In this document: positions 37,437 through 48,016 of the stretch, piece by piece
Numbering within the stretch: the stretch's first letter is position 1
Layout: each line of letters starts with the position of its first letter
DNA from: Lama glama
Lineage: Eukaryota
Length of the DNA stretch: 64,000 nucleotides
NCBI GenBank assembly: GCA_028534125.1
Contig: CM052817.1
Location: 59,274,001 to 59,338,000 of the forward strand
Direction: 5' to 3'
Made by a program: the position numbers and the translations under genes
Notes under the pieces: generated by a model
Told to the model about the DNA's origin: nothing
What the model saw: the letters and a program-made list of their open reading frames with translations, nothing else
Database searches by the model: none

Positions 37437-40084
37437 TGGATCTTTCATTAATAAAAAGATTGAAACAGTAATCAAAATCTCCCAACAACAACAACAAAAA
37501 AAGCACAGACTCAGATGGCTTCACTGTTGCATTCTACAAAACGTTCAAAAGAAGAATTAAAACCTATCCTTCTCAAGCTCTTCAAAAAACTGAAGAGGAA
37601 GAAACCTTCCAAATACATTTTATGAAAGAAGCATTATGCTGATACCAAAACTAGACAAAGACACCACACAAAAAGAAAATTATAGGCCAATACACTCAAT
37701 GAACATAGATTCAAAAATTCTCAAGAAAATATTAGCAAACCAAATCCAATAATACACTAAAAGGATCATACACCATGATCAAGTGGGACTTACTCCAGAC
37801 ATGTCAGGATGGTTCAACAACTACAAATGAATCAGCATGATACATCACAATAGCAATATGAAGGATTAAATTATTTGGTCATCTCGATAGATGCAGAAAA
37901 AGAATTTGACGAAATTCAACATCAATTTGTGGTAAGTCCTCTCAACAAAGTGGATGTTGAGAGAATGAATCTCAACATAATAGAGGCCATATGTGACAAA
38001 CCCACAGCTAACATTATACCCAATGGTGAAAAGTTGAAAACTTTTCCTCTAAAATTAGGAAAAAGACGAGGATGTCCACTTTCACCACTTTTATTCAACA
38101 CAGTATTGAAAGTCGCAGCCACAACAATTAGGCAAGAAAAAGAAATAAAAGGCATCCAAATTGGAAAGAAAGAAGTAAAACTGTTATTATTTGCAGATGG
38201 CATGATACTTTATATAGAAAACCCTAAAGATGGTACCAGAAAACTTTTAGAACTAATAAATGAATTCAATAAAGTTGCAGGATACAAAATCAACATACAG
38301 AAACCGCTAGCATTTATATACATTAATAAAAAAAACTATCAGAAAGAGAAGTTAGGAAAACTATCCCATTTACAAGTGCATCAAAAACAATAAAATACCT
38401 AAGGGTAAATTTAACTAAGAAGGTAAAATAACTGTACTCTGAAAACCACAAGACTCTGATGAAAGAAATTGAGGAAGATACAAATAAATAGAAAGGTATA
38501 CTACACTCAAGGATTGAAAGAATTAATACAATCAGAATGTCCATTCTACCCAAAGCAATCTACAGATTCAATGTAATCCCTATCAAAATGGCAATGGCAT
38601 ATTTTACAGAACTAGAAAAAATAATTATAAAATGTGCTTGTAACCACAAAAGAGCTAAAGAGCCAAATCAATCTTGAGAAAAAAGAAAACTGGAAGTAAC
38701 ATGCTCCCTGATTTTAAACTATACTATCAAGCTATAGTAATTACAACAGTATGGTACTGCACAAAAGCAGACACATGTGTCAATGAAACAGATTTTAGAA
38801 CCCAGAGATAAACCAACACATACATGGACAACAAATTTATGACAAATAAACCAAGAATATACAACAGAGAAATAACAATCTCTTCAATAAACGGTGTTGG
38901 GAGAACTGAGAAGCCACATGGAAAAGAATAAAACTAGACAACTCTCTTTTACCATACACAAAAATTAACTCAAAATGGATTGAAAACTTCAATGTGAAAC
39001 CCAAAACCATAAAACTCCTAGAAGGAAACATAGGTAGTAACTTAATGGAAATCAATTTTAGTGATGTTTTTGTGCATTTGACTCCAAAGGCAAGGGAAAC
39101 AAAATAAAAAGTAAATGAGTGGGACTACATCAAACTAAAAAGCTTTTACACAGTGAAGATTAAAAAATGAGCTAAGAATCTGAATACATATTTTTCCAAA
39201 GGAGACATACAGATGGTCAATTGGCACATGAAAAGATGTTCAACATCAGTAATTATCAGGGAAATGCAAATCAAAACCCAAATGAGATGTCACCTCACAC
39301 CTGTCAGAATAGCTGTCATCAAAATAACCATAATTAAAAACGGTAAAGGTGAGAATTTTAAAAAAGTGAACTTTTGTACACTGTTGGTGGGAATGTAAAT
39401 TGATGCAGCCACTATGAAAACATTATGAAAATTCCTTAAAAAATTAAGAATAGAATTACCATATGACCTAGGTATTTCACGTCTGGGTATTTATCTGAAT
39501 AACACAAAACCATTAATTTAAAAAGATATATGCACTCCTATGTTCATTATAGCATTATTTACAACAGCTAAGATATAGAAAAAACCTAAGTTTCCATCAG
39601 TGGATGAATGGGTAAAGAAAAAGCAATATAAATACATATAACAGAATACAACTCTGCCAGAAAGAAGAAAAAGGATGAAATCTTGCCAAGGATTGTGACA
39701 AGACGGATGCAGCTTGAAGGTATTATGCTAAGTAAAATAAGTCAGAAGGAAAAAGATAAATACTGTATGATTTCACTCATATGTGAAATCTAAAAACAGA
39801 ACAAAAATTTTAAAAAAATCACACGATATAAAACAAAAACAAACTACTTATAGATTCAGAGAACAGATTAATGGTTACCTAAGGGTAAGGTGGTTGGAGG
39901 TTGGGCAAAATGGAAAAGGAGGTCAACTGTATGGTGAAGGATGGTAACTAGACTTCTGATGGTGATCATTCTGTAGTATAAACAGATGTTAAAGTAAAAT
40001 GCTCTAGACATAAAGTTGTATTATAAAAAAGTAACAAAAAAATTTTAAAAAGTCAATGGGTATGGTTATGTCTGCATATAATAT

Positions 40085-40302
40085 CTTGCTACAGCTGCCT
40101 TGCAACCATGAGGGAAGAAAACACTGATAGGCTGAAGCTGGCAGAGTAGAATATGAAAAGCCTCTGGTTCTTTGCTGATATCATTAACCTTAAAACAGTT
40201 TCCGCTAGATATTTTGTTATATGAGATTATACACATCCTGACATTTAATTCAATTTGGATTTTGTATTTGATTATTTGTAGCCCAAAGAATTTCAACTGA
40301 TA
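40085..40302 (+). mobile_element. MLT1J/K-like LTR 3' fragment
   Basis: gctgccttgcaaccatgaggg...ggcagagtagaatatgaaaagcctctggttctttgctgatatc...ttatttgtagcccaaagaatttcaactgata. Confidence 0.7.
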
Positions 40303-40349
40303 AAATAAATGTATTTTATATCTCAAAAAAGAGCAATTCAGAAAATCTC

Positions 40350-40942
40350 TGTATTAATTGTCTTTTGCTATTTGACAATTCAATCGCTTAAGACAATCCT
40401 CATTTATTATCTCTGTAGGACAGAAGTCAGGGTAGACTCGAATGGTCCTGTCTTACAATGCTGAAATCAAGTTTTTGGCAGAGATGGGCTCTTCTCTGGA
40501 GGCTCTGGGAAAGAATTCTTTTTCAGGGACTCTAAGTTGTTAGCTGAATTCAGTTCCATGACTTGGAGTATTCGTCTTTCCTTCCTTACTGTCGGCTCCC
40601 ACTTCCTAGAGACAGTGCTTCCGTCACTGCACATGATGCCCTCCATCTTTAAGCCAGTGACAGCATGTCAATCTTAGGCTTACACTTTCTCTGACTTCCC
40701 CTTTCTCTACTAGAAGGAGAAAACTCTGCTTTCAAAGGGCTCATATAATTATATGATTAGGCCCACTTGATAATCCAAAGTAATCTTTATTTTAAAGTAA
40801 ATGGATCAGTCATCTTAACTGTATCTGCAAAGTCCTTTTTGCCATGGTATGTAACATATTCATAGTCATGAAATATCATCATATTCACAGTCCCAAGTAT
40901 TAGGGCAGGTAATCTTGGGGGCCATTTTTTGAGTTCTGTCAC
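40350..40942 (-). mobile_element. MLT1E-like solo LTR
   Basis: gctgaaatcaagtttttggcag...ctggaggctctgggaaagaatt...aaagggctcat...gattaggcccac...tatctgcaaagtcctttttgccat...tcttgggggccatt. Confidence 0.85.
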
Positions 40943-41675
40943 ACTCATTTAGGAAAGAAAAACAACTTCTAGATTTCTGCCAATAAAAATATGTAATTTC
41001 TCTAAATTTTCCTATTAAAATGAAAAAGACTTTCCTTTTGATTAAATTGTCAGTTGTAAAGAATTAATTTTCAAATCATTTGTCCTGTGAATAGAATAAC
41101 TTCAAAAGAATATTCAGATAAATAAACCATTCATGGGTTTGAAGCAGAGAGTCATAACAAAGATAACGGTAGAAAAGCAATGACAAGCAAATTGTTGAGC
41201 TAGGAAAGCAAGTCTAGCATTCCCACATAAATCCAGGAATACCCCCAAAACACTATCTGTGCTCTGTTTCTATGCATCAGAGAAATCAAGGGGCCCTCAA
41301 CAGTGTCAGATCATCCCACAGAGGCTTGTTGTGCAAGATGCTTCCTGACTGATTGCATCCTTGGGGGTGTATTTGATTATGTTTCTAGCAATTCAGTTGT
41401 AAACAAATACTGAGTGCCGTTATCTTTAATAAGCCTCTAAGAGAAATTATAGCTAAGTCTGGATAGTTTGGGGACTGTTTTTAATGGGTCAAGTCTTCCC
41501 TGGAACTACAGACATTGATGAAGGCAGTATCTCTTTTCTGATATTTAGGTGTTTCATTAACTGGGAAAAAAATAACAATACCTCAGAGCTAAGGTGATTG
41601 ATACAGTGGTGGTGAAAAAAGTGTCATAATGGAGGAATTGTTTCTATGGGTGCAAGTTGTTAAGGTAAGGAGGTA

Positions 41676-43002
41676 TACAAGGTATTGAATATAGTTCCCT
41701 GTGCTATACATTAAGACCTTGCTGTTTATCTATTTTATATATAGTAGTGTCTGCAAATCCTGAAGTCCCAATTTATCCCTTCACCTCCCCCTCCTTCCCC
41801 TCTGGTAACCACAAGTTTGTTTTTATGTCTGTGAGTCCATTTCTGTTTTGTAAATAAGTCCATGTGTCTCATTTTTGTTTCAGATTCCACATATAAGTGA
41901 TATCATTTGGTATTTTCTTTCTCTTTCTGGCTTACTTCACTTAATATGACAATTTCCAGATCCATCCATGTTGCTGCAAATAGCATTATTTTATTCTTTT
42001 TTATGTCTGAGTAGTATTCCATTGTGTCTGTGTGTATCACATCTTCTTTATCCAATCATCTGTTGATGGACATTTAGGTTGCTTCCATGTCTTGGCTGTT
42101 GTATATAGTGCTGCTATGTGGGTGCATGTATCTTTTCAAATTAGAGTTCCCTCTGGATATAAGCAACCCATAGGAGTGGGGTTTCTGGATCATATGGTAA
42201 GTCAATTTTTAGTTGTTTAAGGAATCTCCATACTGTTTTCCGTAAGGACTGCACCAAACTACAGTCCCACCAACAGCGTAGGAGGGCTCCCTTTTCTCCA
42301 CACCTTCTTCGTGGACTTTTAAATTATTATCAAAGCAATACTGAAGAAAAAGAATGAAGCTAGAGGAATAACCCTTCCAGACTTCAGACAACACTACAGA
42401 GTTGCAGTAAATAAAACAGCATCATATTGGCACAAAAACAGACACTGGATCAATGGATCAGAATAGAGAGCTCAGATATAAACACACTAACCTACAGGCA
42501 ATTAATCTTCAACAAAGAAGGCAAGAATATACAGTGGAGAAAAAACAGTGTCTTCAACAAGTGGTGTTGGGAAAGCTGGACAGCTGCATTTAAATCGGTG
42601 AAATTAGAACACTTCTTCACACCATACACAAAAATAAACTCAAAATGGTTTAAAGACTTAAAGATTAGACAAGACATTCTAAACCTCCTATAAGAAAACA
42701 TAGGCAAAACATTCTCTGACATAAATCTTAGCAATGTTCTTGGACAGTCTACCCAGGCAATAGAAATAAAAGCAAAAATAAACAAATGGGACCAAGTTAA
42801 ACTTATAAGTTTTTGCACAGCAAAGGAAACCATAAGCAAAACAAAACAACCACCTATGGAATGGGAGAAAATATTTGCAAACAATGGGACTGGCATGGGC
42901 TTAATTTTCATAATATACAAATGCTCATACAACTCCATAACAAAAAATAAATAAATAAACAACCCAAACAAAAAATGGGCAGAAAAATAAACCATTTCTC
43001 CA
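41676..43002 (-). mobile_element. Young lineage-specific L1 with 5' inversion (41676-~42328 minus; ~42329-43002 plus)
   Basis: Minus part: cetartiodactyl-type 3' UTR (gaatatagttccctgtgctatac...ggtaaccacaagtttg...agattccacatataagtga). Plus part: ORF 42427-42693 ORF2p (DQWIRIES...KNSVFNKWCWESW...[14 protein letters not shown]). Confidence 0.93.
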
Positions 43003-44559
43003 GTATGTCTTTGATACAAGACATCCCTGAAGCAGACTCAGAAGACAGCATTACTTCCATGGGAAACTAGAGATTTTCAGGGGCTAAAAGGGCATAGAAT
43101 ATGAGACTTTGAGGTGCTCAGATTTATCCCTGCCTGATTCATCCCCAAGAGGTACAGAAAGGAACTTACATCTGACTGAATTCTCACAGCTTAACAAAGT
43201 GCAAGGCTTGAGAGAGATACAGTTAATATTAGATATTGATTTGAGAATCAGGTAATCTTTCAGTTGAATAAACTAAGGTAATGTATAATAATTCTACCCC
43301 TACATTCAATAAATATGCAAATCATTAGGGAAGAACTTACTAAGACATCATTAGGAGTAAAACTATTTGTGATGGATGAGAGATATGAAACTTATTTACT
43401 TGAAGTTACTATTTTAAAAATTCAAAGTCATATATTTAATAAGAATGTCAAATCATAAATATGAATATAGAATGTTTTCATTGTTACTTGTAGAATAAGA
43501 AAAAGTGAAAATTGCTTTGTATTGGTATATAAATGCATTATTTTTGTGTTGTATATGACATTTAAAAGCTACAGAGTTGGCTTAAGTAGTTGAATGAGCA
43601 AAGAGTTTTCAGATTTGGGATTTCTCTGTCTTAAATATGTTAGCTTACATCATTTCTTATCCGTTAATGGTGACATAGCCACTTTTAAAAATATGACAAC
43701 ATTTGTCAGAGAAAGGTCATCCAATAACATGGCTGAAAGTACCAATAAAGCACACACTTCTTTTTCCCACTGCGTCTGCTGCTTTGGAGATGCTGAAAGC
43801 ATGTGAGAATTTTGGCCTGCTAGCAAGCATTAATGACCCTAAGACTTTTTAAAGGGATTATGAATTGTGGACTGTGGTAATGCCTTTTATTAGTATCCAT
43901 TTATTGGATTCCCTGTTATCTACAAAAATTTTAAGTGGCTCAAATGTCATATTAGTCCCAGTGGCTAAAAAACCTTAAAAACTGAGTTTCAGACACAGGG
44001 AAATGGTTCCATCCCAATTTTTTTTTTCAAAGTTAAGGTTATATCTTATTTTTGATGAGCCAACCCAGTAGGCATTCAAGTTCTTTGATTTGTAAAACAT
44101 TTGATTTAAAACAAAATATTTTGATTATGTGAAACAATTTTCATATATTGAAACCTACTTTCCATATAGAAGAACACAGTCTGGTGTGATGGTGGAAATT
44201 GGGAATAATATGGTTGAGATATGAAAATCTCTCTGCTTGGTAAAACTATCAATACAGGAGGGCAGAAAGGCAATAGGACAGACTAACAGGTCAAATGGCC
44301 AGGCTCTGAATAGCTCTGCTGAAGAACTGCTCCAATACTGAATCTGGGTAATGAATCTTTGGCTACATATTTATTCAAAAATATGCAAGGCCATGTGGTA
44401 GGCATTTCAGCTTCAGGGAGAATAAAAGAATTCCTACATTCTGGTTGACAAAGAAAAGATAAACAAATGAAGAAAATAAAGAAAATGAATAAAGAAGGCA
44501 ACGGGATTTGTGTCCCTATAATAGAGAATAACAAGTTTGGGTGAAAAGGTGTTGCCAAA

Positions 44560-44795
44560 AAGAGAATTCACCTAGCAAGAAAGAGTTGTTCATGAAAACT
44601 GTCTATGAGGACATAGCACCTAAGCTGAAAGTTGAAGTGTGAGAAAAGTCAGTAATAGGAAGAGTAAAGAAAAGCTTTTTTCAAAGCTTTTGAAAGGAGA
44701 ACAGTGCGTGTATGAAGAATTTAAGGCATGAAAAAGTGTTTTTGAGGAAATGAAAGACTAGTGGTCTGGAACTTCAGAAGAAATGAGTCCAGAAT
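44560..44795 (-). mobile_element. L2 fragment (left part, split by the L1 insertion)
   Basis: Antisense L2 motifs agaacagtgcgtgtatgaag...tttgaggaaatgaaagactagtggtctgga. Confidence 0.6.
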
Positions 44796-44809
44796 ACAAA
44801 TATAATGTA

Positions 44810-45900
44810 TCCTACCCACCTGCAGGGGCACACCAGCCCCAGGACTACTGCAGACCTTCAACCTGTCATGGCAGGACCCAGTCCACTCACCAGCAGGCTG
44901 GCAAAAGACCTGGGATCTTGGGCCTGGTCCCACCAGCAGGCGAAGACCAGCTCTGAGGCACCATGGGCCCATCAGTCACCTCCCTGGGATCCAGCCTGAC
45001 CCACCAGTGGGCCTATATAAGCTTTGGGATACTCCAGATCCTATATCCAGCTGTGTCAAGATTAGACCCCTGCACCAGTGGGCTAACACTAGACTCAGGA
45101 CCCCCCTGGTCTCAACCCAACCCACCAGTGATCCAATACCCATTCTGGAGCCCCTAGGCCCTACAGCCCTAGACCCTACCCAACTCTGCATGCCAGTGGA
45201 CCAACACTAGACCTAGGATCTAGCTTCACCCCCTGGTTGGCAAGCACCTGCCCAAGCATTCCCTAGGCCCCAGCCCCACCTACCAGTGTGCATGCACCAG
45301 CCCCAGGACCATCACCACCGCCCACCAGCTTGCCTGGTCAGAATTTAGCCAACACAGCAGCAGATTGGCACCAGACCAGGGACTGACAGGCCCCACCCCT
45401 GCCCATTAGGAGGCCAACAAACTCTGGGACATGTTGGGCTCCTCTGCCAGTGGCCCTAAGATCCTGTCCCACCCACCAGCATGCTGACACCAGTTTCAGG
45501 ACACCCAGGGCCCTTCAGCTAGAGAACCTGGGACCCAGTCCAGTAAGCCGACACTAACATTGAGACATCCTGGGTCCTGGCCCTGTCTATCAGCAGGCTA
45601 AGATCAGCTCTGAGACAGCTCTTGGAACCCTCCTCCAGTTGCCCTGAGATCCAGCCCTACTCACCAGCAAGCCAGCACCAGCATTGAGACACTGTGGAAT
45701 CTGCAGCCAGCCATGTCAGGAGTCATCCCATCCACCAGCAGGTCAACACTAAATCTAGGAACCCCAATCCCATAATCAGCCACCCTAGACCCCAAGCTCT
45801 GCCCATCAGTGGGCCAGCACTGGTGCCAGGACCCCCTGGGTTCTGCAGCCAGTCACCTCATGACCTGGTCCCACCAATAAATGGCCAAAAGCCTCCACAC
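44810..45900 (+). repeat. Degenerate tandem monomer array in the L1 5' UTR (about 70-bp period with some ~40-50-bp units)
   Basis: Recurrent ccaccag(t/c)(g/a)gg motif near 44930, 45001, 45072, 45122, 45473, 45661, 45732, 45803, 45871. Confidence 0.8.
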
Positions 45901-47972
45901 AAGGCAGCATCTGGCAACCAATCTGGCAGGGGGCCAATCAAACTTACCAGACTGGCCATAGTAGTCAGCCCACCACACCAGAAGAACCCTCACAGCCCAC
46001 ACGTGGGGCACCCCTAGAGCATATAGTACTGGTGACCAGAGGGGAGTGTGCTGCTGGGATGCACAGGATGTGCCTGCAAAAGGCAACTTCTCCAAGGTTG
46101 GGAAACATAACCAACCTACCATATACATAGAAATAAAAACAGCAAGGTAGGCAAAGTAAGGCAACAGAGAACCATGCTCCAAATGAAGGAACACAATGAA
46201 CTACCAGAAGAACTATGTGAAGTGGAGATAGGCAATTTACCTAAGAAGGAGTTGAAGGTAATAATTATAAAGATGTTCAAAGACTCAAAAGAAGAATGGG
46301 TGAACACAGTGAAAAGCTGAAGAGTTAGAAGATATAAAGAAGAATCAAATGGAACTGAAGAATAACTGAAATAAAAAACAAACTATAAGGAATCAGCAAT
46401 CTATTAGAGGATACAGAATAACAGATCAGTGAGCTGGAAGACACAGTAATGCAAATCGTTGAAGCTCAACAGAAAAAAAGAAAAAAAAACATAAAAAGAA
46501 ATTAGATCACATTAAGCATACTAATATTAGCATTATAGAGATCCCAGGAAGAGGAGAGAGAAAGGGGCAGAGAACATATTTGAAGATACAATAGCTGAAA
46601 ACTTCCCTAACCTAGGAAAGGAAACAAACATTCAGGTCCAGGATGCATAAAGAGTTCCACACAGGATCAACCCAAAGAGTACTACACCAAGATACATTGT
46701 GGGTAAAATGATAAACATTAACCATGAAGAGAGACTATTATAAGCAGAAAGGAAAAGCAGCAAATTATGTACAAGGGCACTCCCAGACAGGGAGGACAGA
46801 AGTACATCTTCAGAACAGAAGGGAGTGGCATAATATATCTAAAGTGATGAAAGGGAAAAACATACAACAAAAAATACTCTACCCAGCAGGCTTTCATTCA
46901 GATTTCATGGAGAGATCAAACAAGAAAAAACAAAAAGAGTTTAGCACCACCAAAAGTTCAGCTTTACAAGAAATCTTAAAGGGACTTCTCTAGGTGAAAA
47001 AGATAGGGCCAAAACCAAAAATAAGAAAATTATTAGGAAAATGATCATTGGTAAAAGCAAATATACAGTAAAGGAAGTAAATCGACACATAGAAATCTAG
47101 TAGGAAGGTTAAAAGACAAAAGTAGTAAAATCATCAATATGCACAATAAGTAGTTAAGGGATACACATAAAAGATGTAAAATGTGATGTCAAAACAGTAA
47201 TCATGGGGAAAAGAGTTAAAAAGGAATGTTATTAAAATGTTTTTAAATGAAAAGATTATCAATTTAAAATAATCACCTGTATACATAGCTTGCTATATAT
47301 AAACAACATGGTAACCAGGAATCAAAAATATGTAATAGACACACACACAAAAAATGAGAAAGGATTTCAAACATAACACTAAAGATAGTCATCAAATCAC
47401 AAAAGAAGAGAATAAAACACAAAGAAAGGAACAAAAAAGAAATAGAAAAAACTGACAAAATTGTAATAGTACATACCTATCAATAAATACTTTAAATAAA
47501 AATGTACTAAAAGCTATAGTCAAAAAATATAAAATGGCTGAATGGGTGAAAAACAAGACCCATAGATATGCTGCTTATAAGAGACTCACTTCAGGTACAC
47601 ACAGACTGAAAGTGAGAAGATGGAAAAAGGTATTCCATGTAAAAAGAAATGAAAAGAAAGCCAGAGTAGCAATACTTATATCCAGACAAAACAGACTTTA
47701 AAACAAAGACTGTAACAAGAATAATGAAGGACATTGCATAATGCTCAGGGAATAAATATAAGAAGAATAAATCACAACTGTAAATATATATTCACCCAAC
47801 ATAGAATCACCTAAATACTTGAAGCAAATTTGAACATATATAATGGGAGAAATTGTCAGTAAGACAATAATAGTAGGGGACTTTACCACTCCACTTACAT
47901 TAATGGACAGATCATACAGACAGAAATTCAATAAGAAAACACTGACCTTAAATGACCTCTGAGAAAAATAGG

Positions 47973-47973
<1 letters not shown>

Positions 47974-48013
<40 letters not shown>
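47974..48013. repeat. (TA)n microsatellite inside L1 ORF2
   Basis: About 19 TA units seen directly. Confidence 0.95.

Positions 48014-48016
<3 letters not shown>

Larger units (their letters stand above)
32180..40052 (+). mobile_element. Near-full-length inactive LINE-1 (partial 5' UTR, ORF1, ORF2, 3' UTR), interrupted by Tigger1
   Basis: ORF 32512-32790 ORF1p (LPDKDFKEIVIKM...NTLEGFNSRLDEVEEQ); ORF 33907-34260 endonuclease (KKAGIAMLISDKIDFK...NIYAPN...ILGDFNT); ORF 37875-38393 RT ([10 protein letters not shown]...[10 protein letters not shown]...LFADGMILY); A-rich tail at about 40025-40052; many stops and frameshifts. Confidence 0.97.

Noticed and set aside
37875..38393. 172-aa ORF with reverse-transcriptase motifs as a functional or domesticated gene
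   Set aside because: It is a residual open stretch of a broken L1 ORF2, with catalytic FADD changed to FADG and stops and frameshifts on both sides
42492..43019. 175-aa hydrophobic minus-strand ORF suggesting a membrane protein
   Set aside because: It is the antisense frame of A-rich L1 ORF2; the same artefact explains 37922-38203, 47698-48099 and 49879-50217
44810..45900. CRISPR-like repeat-spacer array or CpG-island gene promoter
   Set aside because: Units are degenerate along their whole length, CpG-depleted, lie inside an L1 TSD, and the DNA is mammalian with no cas genes
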